Assembly (NCBI GenBank): GCA_963724295.1
Contig: CAVRUC010000002.1
Span: 128,001 to 192,000 of the forward strand
Direction: 5' to 3'
Length of the DNA stretch: 64,000 nucleotides
DNA from: an uncultured Chloroflexia bacterium
GTDB lineage: Bacteria; Chloroflexota; Chloroflexia; Thermomicrobiales; UBA6265
The notes beneath the pieces were generated by a model, which made no database searches, was not told the DNA's origin, and saw only the letters and a program-made list of their open reading frames with translations. The translations under genes and the position numbers were made by a program. How positions within the stretch are numbered: the first letter of the stretch is position 1; every line of letters starts with the position of its first letter. This document shows, in pieces, positions 31,898 through 41,667 of this stretch.

Positions 31898-33231
31898 GCG
31901 CGAGCCCCCGCCTGCACAACCGGCGTCATCGCGTCGCCAGGCGTCGCGGGCCAGTGACTGGCAAAGGACCGTGGACCGTGGAAGGTGCGGTCGGCGACCC
32001 AGAGGGCGGCGACCAGGCGGTCGACGTCGGCTTCGGTGTTGTAGACGTAGAAGCTGGCGCGAGTGGTGGCGACCACGCCGAGGCTGGCCATCAAGGGCTG
32101 GGCGCAGTGATGGCCCGCCCGGACGGCGATGTTCTCCTCATCGAGGATGCTGGCGACGTCGTGGGGATGGATGTCTTGCAGGGTGAAGGAGGCGACACCG
32201 CTGCGGTGCGCCGGATCCTTGGGACCATAGATCGTGATGCCGGGTATCTCGGTCAGCCGCTCGAGGGCGTAGCCGACGACCGCTTGCTCGTGGGCCAAGA
32301 CGCGGTCCATCCCCAGATTGGTCAAATATTCGATCGCCACAGCGAGGCCTATCGCGTCGCCAACTGCCGGGGTGCCGGCCTCGAACTTGGCGGGGACCTC
32401 AGCCCAGGTGCTCTCGGTCAACCCGACCTTCCGGATCATGCTGCCGCCGACCAGGAAGGGCGGCATGGCCTCCAGCAGGGCGCGCTTGCCGTAGAGGACG
32501 CCGGCGGCCATCGGGCCGAGCATCTTGTGGCCGGAGAAGGCGAGGAAGTCGACGCCGAGCGCCTGCACGTCGAGCGCCAGGTGCGGCGCGGACTGCGCCG
32601 CGTCGACCAGGACAGTGGCGCCGGCGGCCTGCGCCTGGCGCGCGATCGCGGCGACGTCATTGATCGTGCCGAGCGCGTTGCTGACGTGGGTCACCGCGAC
32701 CAGCTTCGGCTCGCGCCGCATCAGGTCGGTGAAGGCCGCCATGTCGAGCCGGTGGTCGTCGGTCAGGGGAATGTAGGCAAGCTTGGCGCCCCGCTCCGCG
32801 GCCAGGAGCTGCCAGGGAACGATGTTCGAGTGGTGCTCCATCATGCTGAGGATGATTAGGTCTCCCTCGCCGATATTGGCGCGACCCCACGTCTGGGCAA
32901 CGAGATTGATCGCCTCAGTCGTGTTGCGGACGAAGACGCACTCCCGGTCGGAGGCGGCGTTGATGAAGGCGGCCACGAGGCGGCGCGCCGCCTCGTACCT
33001 CTCCGTGGCGACCTCGGAAAGCTGGTACACGCCGCGGTGGACGTTGGCGTTGAGGTGGCGATAGTAGTGGTCGAGCGCGTCGATCACAACGGCCGGCTTT
33101 TGGGAGCTGGCGGCGCTGTCGAGGTAGACGAGCGGCTGTGCGTCGGGGGTCGAGTGGGCCAGGAGCGGGAAGTCGTCCCGAATCGCGGCGGCGTCCAGGG
33201 TGGGGGCCAGCGCGAGAGCGGCGGTGGACAT
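31894..33231 (-). CDS. sufS: cysteine desulfurase, SufS type
   Basis: VYLDSAASSQKP, ANVHRG, MEHHSNIVPWQ, FSGHKM (PLP Lys), FEAGTP, VRAGHHCAQPL. Confidence 0.96.
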   Translation of the reverse strand: MSTAALALAPTLDAAAIRDDFPLLAHSTPDAQPLVYLDSAASSQKPAVVIDALDHYYRHLNANVHRGVYQLSEVATERYEAARRLVAAFINAASDRECVFVRNTTEAINLVAQTWGRANIGEGDLIILSMMEHHSNIVPWQLLAAERGAKLAYIPLTDDHRLDMAAFTDLMRREPKLVAVTHVSNALGTINDVAAIARQAQAAGATVLVDAAQSAPHLALDVQALGVDFLAFSGHKMLGPMAAGVLYGKRALLEAMPPFLVGGSMIRKVGLTESTWAEVPAKFEAGTPAVGDAIGLAVAIEYLTNLGMDRVLAHEQAVVGYALERLTEIPGITIYGPKDPAHRSGVASFTLQDIHPHDVASILDEENIAVRAGHHCAQPLMASLGVVATTRASFYVYNTEADVDRLVAALWVADRTFHGPRSFASHWPATPGDAMTPVVQAGARA

Positions 33232-33335
33232 GATGTATCTCCTCGAGGCGTGATGGCGGTATCCGTTAGGTGCTGTCGTCCTGGGAGTTCCTGGTGGCGA
33301 CCTCGTAGTCCGCTGGATGACCAACGAGAGCAGGA

Positions 33336-33593
33336 TCAGCTTGTCGACGCAGGCGCCGCCTGACGCTTCCAGATTCTCAGGACGCCGCGAAAAAAATTGG
33401 TGCACTGGGTCTCGTGGCTTCGAGTCGCGTCTTCCCGGGAAGAGGCCGGAACCCGGGGTGCTTCGGCAGAACGGCCAATTCGCGACGGGTGCCCTCCCGA
33501 AGGCCGTGTCGGCCCGAGCACCGCGTCGGCTAGCCACTCCAGACGCTGCACGTCGGCGACAAGGCGTTCCCGTTCGGTCATTCCTGGAACCAT
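33336..33593 (-). CDS. small hypothetical protein (85 aa)
   Basis: AAGGAG RBS upstream of ATG; MVPGMTERERLVADVQRLEWLADA...FFRGVLRIWKRQAAPASTS. Confidence 0.55.
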   Translation of the reverse strand: MVPGMTERERLVADVQRLEWLADAVLGPTRPSGGHPSRIGRSAEAPRVPASSREDATRSHETQCTNFFRGVLRIWKRQAAPASTS

Positions 33594-33876
33594 TGGACTG
33601 TTCTCCTTCGGGATTGACATGAGGCGCATGTCACCGTGCTGGCCGCTGCCTCGTTTCCGGCCCACCCCCGAGAGAGGACCGAGCATGATCACAGCCTGCC
33701 TGCCACGGCACATAACCACCATGAAAATGACTCACAAAACAAGTCACAGCTATCGCCGCTCGGGCGGAGTGAGATGAGTCCTCTGGCCGCTGTCGACAAA
33801 CACTCGGGTCAGCTGTCACCCGATGGCGTTGCTCCAGCGGCCGTGCTCGTAGGATGGCGGGGCGCCGCCGCCGCTC

Positions 33877-33938
33877 CATCGTACGAACTACGTATCCGGG
33901 GGACGTATTTGGGCGACCATGACGGGGCGTACCCGTCA
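33877..33938 (-). promoter_or_regulatory. putative operator downstream of the LuxR-STAND gene
   Basis: ATACGT direct repeat on the minus strand (33908-33903, 33895-33890) and inverted repeat TGACGGG/CCCGTCA (33920-33938). Confidence 0.45.
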
Positions 33939-33978
33939 GTTGCGGGCGTCGCTCTAAGATCCGCGGTGGGCTACGGAA

Positions 33979-36303
33979 TCAGGCTCGGCCGAGCTGATGG
34001 GCGGCGGCGATGGCCTCGGCGCGGGAGTCGACGCCGAGCTTGGCATAGAGATGGGTCACGTGGGTGGTGGCGGTGCGGGGGCTGATGAACAGGGCATCGG
34101 CGATCTCGGCGTTGGAGCGTCCTTCGGCCAGGAGGGCCCACACCTCTCGCTCGCGCTCGGACAGCCCGCGAACCGACCCGGCCGTCGCCTGGCGCCCCGC
34201 GGCTGGCCGGGAGCGGCACGGCACGACTGTAGCGGTCTCGGCTGCAACGGAGGCGTCGGTCAGGGCTCGCCCTGCCTCGCGCGCGGCGTCGAAGTCCGCC
34301 GGCCCCAGACCCATGAATGCCGCTTCCAGCGCCCGAGGGTAGTTCACCCGATCGAGCGGCGGGAGCCGGATGCCGATCGCGTCGTAGCGCGCCTCCGCCG
34401 CCCCCAAGAGGCGCGCCGCTCGCGCCGCCTGGCCGTTCGCCGCCGCAACGTCGGCGAACCCAACCAAGGCGTCGGCGACCCCCCACCCGTCCTGCAGGTC
34501 GAGCCAGGTGTCCAACGCCTCGGCGTAGCGCCTGAGCGCCGATCCGTACTCGCCGAGATCGCACTCTGCATCACCCAGGAAGCCGAGCGTGTCGGCTACC
34601 CACTCCCGGTTCCCCGCTTTCCGCTGCCGGGTGAGCGCTTTCTGAAGGAGGCTGACGGCGCGGTTGGCCAGTCCCCGGCGATGCGCGACCAACCCGAGCA
34701 GCGTCGGCAACATCCCTTCCGGTGGCGCCCCCGAGGTCGCCTGCGCCGAGAGCGCCTCTGTGACCAGCAGCTCGGCGCGCTCAATGTCTCCTTGCAAAAG
34801 AGCGATCTTCGCCGTCCCGCTCAGTGCCTCCACCAGGCTGCCCTGGTCGCCGATCTCGCGAGCCAGCGCAACCGCCGAAGCGAGGCGCCGCGAAGCCCGC
34901 TCGTGGTCGCCCTGCACGAGCGCCATCCGGGCCGCGTTGACCAGGATCCAGCAGCGGCGGCGCGGCGGCAAACGTTCCGCCTGGTCGACGATCTGCTCCA
35001 GCCACCCCCGCACCTCGGAGAGGTGGCCGCGATGCCACCAGAACGTGCAGAGAGCGAAGGTCTGCCTTGCCGCGACCTCGATATCAGACGAGTTGATCGC
35101 CGCGGCGAAGGCGGCTCGCAGATTGCCAAAATCGGCGTCAAGCCGGTCCAGCCACGCTGCCTGCCCGGGTTCCCGCAGCATGGCCGCGGCGTTCTCCGCG
35201 AGCCCGAGGAAGTAGGCCGCGTGGGCAAGCAAGGCGGCATCCGCTTCGCCTTCTGCCTCGAGCCGTTCCAGCCCGAAGTGGCGCACGACTTCCAGCATCC
35301 GGTAGCGCGGTTCGCCGTCCGGTCCGGGTTCCCGGCACAGCAGGCTTGCGTCCAGTAGCGCGGCCACCCCGTCGAGCATATCGACGCCTGGATCACCCGG
35401 GTTCGCCGCCACCGCGGCACCCGCGTCCAGGGTGAAGCCACCGACGAAGACGGAGAACCGTCGGAAGTGCAACTGCTCCTTGGGCGCAAGCAGTCCGTAG
35501 CTCCAGGCGACGGCATCGCGCATGGTCTGCTGTCGATCCGGCTGGTCGCGCCCTCCCCCGGTCAGCAGCCGCAACGGGTGCTCGAGGTGCGCCAGGAGGG
35601 CCCTCGGCGGCAGGACCTTCACTCGCGCGGCGGCCAGCTCGATTGCCAGCGGCAACCCGTCGAGCCGCCGACAAACCGCAACGACCGCCTCGGCGTCGGT
35701 GTCGGCGTCGAGGGGGGTGAAACCGGCGTCTGCCGCGCGCGCGCGCTCGACGAACAAGCGCACCGCGTCGGGAACGCGGTCTGTCTGTGCCGAGATGCCG
35801 AGCGGCGGGATCACCTGCTCGTGCTCACCCGAAACCCGAAGCCGAACCCGGCTTGTCACCAGGACTCGCAGTTCCGGACATGCGCACAGCAGGCTGACCA
35901 CGAGCGGGCCGGCTTCAGCCACATGCTCGAAGTTGTCCAGCACGAGCAACAGGCGCTTGCAGCGAAGGAACGATGTGAGCCGCTCTCCAAGCGGTTCGCC
36001 ACCGGTTTCGCGGATGCCGAGCGCCCGGGCGATCGAGGGCCCTACCAGCCGATCGTCGGCGATCGGGGCGAGGTCGACGAACCGCACTCCGTCGGGGAAT
36101 GCTCCAGCGGCGGCGGCGTTGGCGGCAACCGCCAGCGCGACGCGGGTCTTGCCGACCCCGCCGGGGCCGGTCAGGGTGACGAGGCGCGCGTCGTCACGGC
36201 GCAGCAGCGCCGATACGGCCGCGACCTCGCGCTCCCGGCCGACGAGGGACGTCAGTGGGACGGGCAGATCCACGTGGTGGGACGAGGAGGGCACGGTGTG
36301 CAC
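33979..36303 (-). CDS. STAND NTPase + TPR + LuxR HTH transcriptional regulator
   Basis: [41 protein letters not shown]-terminal LSEREREV...[29 protein letters not shown]. Confidence 0.93.
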   Translation of the reverse strand: MHTVPSSSHHVDLPVPLTSLVGREREVAAVSALLRRDDARLVTLTGPGGVGKTRVALAVAANAAAAGAFPDGVRFVDLAPIADDRLVGPSIARALGIRETGGEPLGERLTSFLRCKRLLLVLDNFEHVAEAGPLVVSLLCACPELRVLVTSRVRLRVSGEHEQVIPPLGISAQTDRVPDAVRLFVERARAADAGFTPLDADTDAEAVVAVCRRLDGLPLAIELAAARVKVLPPRALLAHLEHPLRLLTGGGRDQPDRQQTMRDAVAWSYGLLAPKEQLHFRRFSVFVGGFTLDAGAAVAANPGDPGVDMLDGVAALLDASLLCREPGPDGEPRYRMLEVVRHFGLERLEAEGEADAALLAHAAYFLGLAENAAAMLREPGQAAWLDRLDADFGNLRAAFAAAINSSDIEVAARQTFALCTFWWHRGHLSEVRGWLEQIVDQAERLPPRRRCWILVNAARMALVQGDHERASRRLASAVALAREIGDQGSLVEALSGTAKIALLQGDIERAELLVTEALSAQATSGAPPEGMLPTLLGLVAHRRGLANRAVSLLQKALTRQRKAGNREWVADTLGFLGDAECDLGEYGSALRRYAEALDTWLDLQDGWGVADALVGFADVAAANGQAARAARLLGAAEARYDAIGIRLPPLDRVNYPRALEAAFMGLGPADFDAAREAGRALTDASVAAETATVVPCRSRPAAGRQATAGSVRGLSEREREVWALLAEGRSNAEIADALFISPRTATTHVTHLYAKLGVDSRAEAIAAAHQLGRA

Positions 36304-36583
36304 AGGCTCTTCTGTCGGTTGCAGCAGCGCTGCCTCCCCGGCAGCCCGGGGCCCCAGCGTGCCGCCACCATCGTACACGTAAAGGCAGAGTAAAGTCGGC
36401 CCGTGTAGTGTGAAACAGGGACGAGCCAACTGCATTCACTCATGGCCCGCGCCTTGCGACCACGGGCAGCGACCGAGCGCCGGCGCCGCCTTTTCGCTAT
36501 TGTGGACGCGAATCTGGCAGCGCTCGACCTGCTGGCGGCGCCTGCGCCGCATGCACCGCCGTGAGGCGAGGGGGGATTGCGAC

Positions 36584-39421
36584 GTGAGGCAGACCCTGTA
36601 CCGGATCCGCTTGCTGATCGTCCTGCTCGTCCTGGCGCCGCTTGGGTCGCCAGCGGCCGCCGGTGCAACGGCCCACGCTGAATCGAGGGCAACTCCGCTT
36701 GTCCCGGTCAGCGCCGCCCAGGGCGCGGCTGACCTGTCCATCACGGCGCTCAACTGTCCGGCCGGCGTCGTTCCAGGTGTTGATGCGGCGGAGCTGGAGA
36801 TACTGGGCGATGATGCCCTGTTGGCGCTGGGATGCGTCCTGGCCGAGGGCGTCCTCTTCGACGTTCGAGCCGGCGGGCAGCGTCTCCTCGACGACGCGCC
36901 GACCGTCAATGGCCAGCTTCTCGTCGAGGGCCTTTCGCCCGGATCGCGTGTCGTCGCGCGGGAGAACGTGCCTGCAGGGTATGTGCCTCGTTCACGGCGG
37001 GTACAAAGCGCAACCGTAGGCGACGAGCCGCTCGCGCTCCTCTTCGTCAACGAGGAAGCTACCGCCGGCGCCACCGCCGATCTGACGATCGTCAAGCTCA
37101 ATTGCCCGCCCGATATCGGCGCGGTGGATCTCGCCGACGACGAGGAGTTGGCGGAAGCCATCGTCGCGGGTCAGGCGGATCTGACCAGCCTCGGCTGCGA
37201 GCTCGCCGATGGGGTGCCCTTCACCGCCGACGGGACCGAAGTGGGCGAGACGGCTGGCGGCATCCTGGTCGTCGCCGATCTTCCCGCCGGCGCGCAGGTC
37301 ACCGTCACCGAGATCGTGCCGGCTGGTTTCGAGGCGGTTGATCCGGAGCAGACCGTGACCGTGGGGCCGGGTGCGGTGACGCTCTTCGTCGATGTCGTGG
37401 CCGAGACGCCGCCCGCCGTGGCGGACCTGACGATCGTCAAGCTCAACTGTGGCTCCGTCATCGACCCGGAGGCCGTTGACCTCGCCGGCCTGGTCGGGGG
37501 TGCGGCGACGGTGCTGCCGCCCGACTGCGAGCTCGCCGAAGGAGTTCCCTTCGCGGTCGCCGGGCAGGACGCTGGTTCGACCGTCAATGGCCTTCTGACC
37601 GTAGAGGATCTGCCTGTCGGCAGCCAGGCCACGGTCACGGAGACGGTACCACCGGGTTTTGAAGCGCAGAGCCCGGAGCAGGTGGTGGCGATCCTCGAGG
37701 GCGGCGTGGCCGCGCTGTTCGTCAACGTGCCAATTGCCCAGGAGACCGCCGACCTGCTCATCGCCAAGCTCACCTGCACCGAAGCGGTCGACCTGGAGAC
37801 GGTCGACGTCGAGGCGGTGATCGAGGCGGGTCTGGCGGCCGACGTGCTGGGCGCCGGCTGCGAGCCGGCGGAGGGCATCCCCTTCGCCGTGGACGGTGAG
37901 CCCGTCGGCGCCACGGAGGGCGGGCTCCTCAGCATCGAGGGGTTCGCCGTCGGCGCCGAAGTGACGGTGACGGAGACGGTACCGGCCGGCGTCACCGCGC
38001 TCGACCCGGAGCAGACGGTCACGCTCGAGGCGGGCGATAACGCCGTGCTCTTCATCAACGTCCCGGTCGCGCCCGAGGTTGCCGATCTGACGGTCGTCAA
38101 GCTCACCTGCGCCGAGGAGATCGACCCCGCGGAGATCTCCCCCACGACAGTGCTCGACGGCGAGTTGCCGCCCGGATGCGATCTGACTGAGGGTATTGGC
38201 TTCACCGCGACTGACGCCACCGGCGCCGAGGTGGGGAACGGAACGACCGAGGACGGCCTGCTGGTGTTCGAAGATCTGCCCCTCGGCGCCGCGGTGACCG
38301 TGACCGAGACGGTCCCGCGCTTTTTCCGCGCCCTGGACGGTGAGCAGACGGCGACCATCGGTGAGGACGAGAGCCTCCTCTTTGTCGACGTCCGCGGCCG
38401 GGGCCGAATCGAGGTGGTGAAATACTTCTGCGGCAACCAGGACCGGGTGGGCGAGACCGACTTCTTCGTCGAAGCCGCCGCGGTCGAAGATTGCCGGCAG
38501 GCAACGGCCGGAGAGGTCACCTTCGCCCTGTCCGGCCCGGCGGGCGAGGTCGCTCGGGTCGAAACCGACGAGGATGGCATCGTCCGCTTCGACGCGCCGG
38601 CTGGGCCCGACTACGTGCTGACCGAGGTCACGCCGGACCAGAACGATGTCAATCCCGCAACCGACCCCTTCGCGGTCGAGACCGACGAGACAGTCGCCCT
38701 CAACGTCGTCGACTATGTCGCCGTCACCGGCGACATTCTGGTAACCAAGCTGGTCTGCGCCGAGCTGCTCGACACGACGATCGAGGTCGCCCGCTTCGGC
38801 GTGCCGGAAGGAGAGGAGTTAGGCGAGCTGGGCTGCGTGCACGAGGCGGCAGCCTTCGTCATCCACCCCTATGGCGACCGGCAGGCCGAGCCGATCGAGT
38901 TCGACGTCGAAGGGGACGGCATCGCCTATCTATCCGACATCCCTATCACTACCGATGAGACCGGTCCGCATCTGCTCGTAGAGCGCGGGTCGGGAGCCGA
39001 GGAGCTCTTCACGGTCGGACCGGGTGAGCTGACGGTGATCGAGGTGGTCAACGCCGCCGCGCCGCCGGTCGGCAGCGTCCTCGTCGCCAATCAGGTTTGT
39101 GCGGACGTGACGGAAATCGATGTCGAGATTCTCGAGCCGGTCAGGAGCGACACCTCAGCGGTACCCGCGCCGGACGCCGGATGTGACTTCGCCGCCGCCG
39201 AGTTCGCGCTCTACCCCTACGGCGACCTCGACGTCGAGCCGATCCGGTTCGAGACCGAACCGGAGTCACCGGTGCTCCTGCCCGCGGTTCCGATCACCAC
39301 CGACGAGACCCAACCACACGTCCTCATCGAGGAAGTGACGGGCCTCGAGGTGCGCTTCGAGGTTGCGATCGGCGCCGTGACCGTGATCGAAGTCACCAAT
39401 CCGGAGGAGACCGCCGGGTAG
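36584..39421 (+). CDS. large acidic secreted protein with eight tandem beta-sandwich (CnaB/SpaA-like) repeats
   Basis: signal peptide; repeats DLTIVKLxC...GCxxAEGxPF...VTVTExVPxG...EQTVT...LFV(N/D)V; no C-terminal anchor. Confidence 0.85.
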   Translation: MRQTLYRIRLLIVLLVLAPLGSPAAAGATAHAESRATPLVPVSAAQGAADLSITALNCPAGVVPGVDAAELEILGDDALLALGCVLAEGVLFDVRAGGQRLLDDAPTVNGQLLVEGLSPGSRVVARENVPAGYVPRSRRVQSATVGDEPLALLFVNEEATAGATADLTIVKLNCPPDIGAVDLADDEELAEAIVAGQADLTSLGCELADGVPFTADGTEVGETAGGILVVADLPAGAQVTVTEIVPAGFEAVDPEQTVTVGPGAVTLFVDVVAETPPAVADLTIVKLNCGSVIDPEAVDLAGLVGGAATVLPPDCELAEGVPFAVAGQDAGSTVNGLLTVEDLPVGSQATVTETVPPGFEAQSPEQVVAILEGGVAALFVNVPIAQETADLLIAKLTCTEAVDLETVDVEAVIEAGLAADVLGAGCEPAEGIPFAVDGEPVGATEGGLLSIEGFAVGAEVTVTETVPAGVTALDPEQTVTLEAGDNAVLFINVPVAPEVADLTVVKLTCAEEIDPAEISPTTVLDGELPPGCDLTEGIGFTATDATGAEVGNGTTEDGLLVFEDLPLGAAVTVTETVPRFFRALDGEQTATIGEDESLLFVDVRGRGRIEVVKYFCGNQDRVGETDFFVEAAAVEDCRQATAGEVTFALSGPAGEVARVETDEDGIVRFDAPAGPDYVLTEVTPDQNDVNPATDPFAVETDETVALNVVDYVAVTGDILVTKLVCAELLDTTIEVARFGVPEGEELGELGCVHEAAAFVIHPYGDRQAEPIEFDVEGDGIAYLSDIPITTDETGPHLLVERGSGAEELFTVGPGELTVIEVVNAAAPPVGSVLVANQVCADVTEIDVEILEPVRSDTSAVPAPDAGCDFAAAEFALYPYGDLDVEPIRFETEPESPVLLPAVPITTDETQPHVLIEEVTGLEVRFEVAIGAVTVIEVTNPEETAG

Positions 39422-40127
39422 TCACAGTTTGCATAGTAGGGATCTCTGCATCGGGATATCGAGGAGCGGAGCGCTCGGGTGCCGAGCCGCGAATGCCTGG
39501 GCCAGTTAGCTGCGTCGACGCGGCCCTCGGGGTTCCCGCGCCGTCGACCTGCGCGCTGCCCTCGCTACACTCCCCGTCGTCGTAATTTGCCTCGATGTAG
39601 GCGACGAAATCGGCGTGATACATCCCACAACTCTCGGGCCAGACGGTCCGGAACATGGGGCTGGACGAGAGTGAGTAGCTTATCCAGCTGTCCCAGGTCT
39701 TCCAGCGCTCCTGGTCGATCACCCCGTCGCGGTAGTTGAGGTACAGGCGTTCGAAGAAGTTCATGACGAAATACGTGTACTGGATCGCCAGCCGTTCGTC
39801 CTCGCCCAACCGCGAGAGCTCGTCTTCTCCCGGGTAGATCAAGCGCCAGATCTCGGGGTTGTCGATTTGCATCTGGTTGATCTCGTAGTAGGTGTCGAGC
39901 AAGTCGGCGTAGGACGCCCGCTTCGCCTCTTCCTCGGAATCGATGACCTGGTACATCAGGGCCAACACGGTAAAGAAGATGGCGGCGTTGGACGCGATAC
40001 TGAAAAACTTGGAGAGTTTGTCGCCGCGGGTCTTTTCGTCCAGGGAGCCAACGAAGGCCACGGCAATGATGCCGGCGAACACGACCGGGATGAGGACCAG
40101 GACGACGGACCCATCGATGCCCCACAT
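39393..40127 (-). CDS. membrane-anchored hypothetical protein (two N-terminal TM helices)
   Basis: two hydrophobic helices then a helical domain with NFFERLYLNYRDGVID...W..W; convergent overlap with the repeat-protein gene. Confidence 0.75.
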   Translation of the reverse strand: MWGIDGSVVLVLIPVVFAGIIAVAFVGSLDEKTRGDKLSKFFSIASNAAIFFTVLALMYQVIDSEEEAKRASYADLLDTYYEINQMQIDNPEIWRLIYPGEDELSRLGEDERLAIQYTYFVMNFFERLYLNYRDGVIDQERWKTWDSWISYSLSSSPMFRTVWPESCGMYHADFVAYIEANYDDGECSEGSAQVDGAGTPRAASTQLTGPGIRGSAPERSAPRYPDAEIPTMQTVTTRRSPPDW

Positions 40128-40398
40128 GGTTTTCCAATGTACCCCGCTCTCCGCGGCCGTCGCCAACCGCAAGTCGCGGTTGGTTACTCCATCTCGACGG
40201 TCACCGGATCACTGATCGCGGACCGACGGGGCAGGGCAATAATGGCCAGCGCGGCGAAGCGATTCCGGCGGTGATCTGATAGGCGCTCGTTTCGGGCGGT
40301 GCGGGCGGTGCGGGCGGCGGGAGGGAATTGCGGTGGCCGACCCAGCCACCTCACGCGCAGAGGTTGGCAAGGACGGCGGTGGAGCATAGGTACTGAGG

Positions 40399-41542
40399 AT
40401 GCAAGACGTGCCGTTTCGCGACCCGGCGATTGAGCGAGTGACGTCGTTAACGCGGGAGTCAGTAGGCACGACGCCTCGTTGGCAGCAGCGTTGGCCTGAT
40501 TGGGTGGCATATGCGGCGGCGGTCTGGTCGCTTCTCTACGGGGTGCTCGGCGTGTACTGGGCGCTGGGCGGTCCGGGTTTTCCGTTCGGGCCGGAGAACG
40601 ACCCACAATCCGCACTCTCGATCCTTGAAGATGTAGAAGCGCCGACCGGCGGGCCGATCATCGCGGCGCTGGGGCTGGTAGGCGCGCTCATAGCGGTAGC
40701 AATGGCCCGGACGCGGGGACGTGGCGTCCTCCGCGCGGTAATGCTCGCGTTCGCCTGGATTGTCGCCGCGGCGTTGGTGCTGGTGATTCCCGACTATCGC
40801 CTGCTCATGGCCGTGGCCTACGCGCCCATCTTTCTTCTTGGTGCCCCGTTCGGGTGGCCCCCAGCAAATTTCTTCGACGTGATCACCTGGCCGGTCGTCA
40901 ACCAGTTCGTCTGCATCGCGGGCGGACTCTGCTGGGCCGGTGCGGCTCTGGCCTACCAGCGACGAAGCAGGGGCGTGTGCGCCAACTGTGGCCGCGCCGG
41001 CGACAGCACCAATTGGACGACACCTGCCAATGCGGCGCGGTGGGGCAAGTGGGCCGTCGCCATCGCGGTCCTCGTCCCTCTCCTCTATGCCGCGACGCGA
41101 TGGGCGTGGGCGCTGGGCATCCCACTTGGGATTAGCGATGAGCTCTTTCGCGAAGGTCAGGCCATCGGGTTGTGGTGGGCCGGGGCCGGCTTGGCGACCG
41201 TGGCAATCGGCGGCGCGCTACTCACCCTCGGGCTCGTGCAGCGCTGGGGCGAGGTCTTCCCCCGCTGGATCCCCGTTCCTCGCCGGAAAGCGCGTCCCGC
41301 CGGCGCTGGCGATCGTTCCTGCCTCGCTGGTCTCCATCCTGGTGACTTCTGCCGGACTGATGTTCGTCCGGCTAACGCTCCGCGGCGCGCTAGGCGAAAC
41401 CTTCACCTTCATCGATACAGAGGATTGGGCTGCCCTGGCCCCGGAGCTGCTGTGGCCGCTCTGGGGCGTCGCCCTCGCCGCGGCGACGCTCGCGTACTAC
41501 TACCGGAGACGTGGCACGTGCATCCAGTGCGGTCGTGACTAG
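40399..41542 (+). CDS. multi-pass membrane protein; apparent +1 frameshift near 41272
   Basis: YAAAVWSLLYG, RWAWALGIPLG, LTLGLVQRWGEVFPRWIP|FLAGKRVP, LWPLWGVALAAATLAYYYRRRGTCIQCGR; two CxxCGR motifs. Confidence 0.85.
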
Positions 41543-41667
41543 CTGGAGTGGAAGCAAAGGCGAGGTCCATGGCACATGGCGCGAAAGTGGAGATGGCGCC
41601 AAAGTGTGAGCATGCCCCAAGAGGAGAGCGCCGTCTATCCGCCCAACGGCGCGTGGCCATGAAGGGC

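Noticed and set aside
33240..33720. SAM riboswitch upstream of sufS
   Set aside because: Expected by context, but I could not find SAM-I or SAM-IV core sequences; a small ORF with a good RBS explains the region better
40293..40320. CGGGCGGTG x3 as an operator
   Set aside because: Pure GC-rich 9-mer tandem, compatible with slippage and not helically phased
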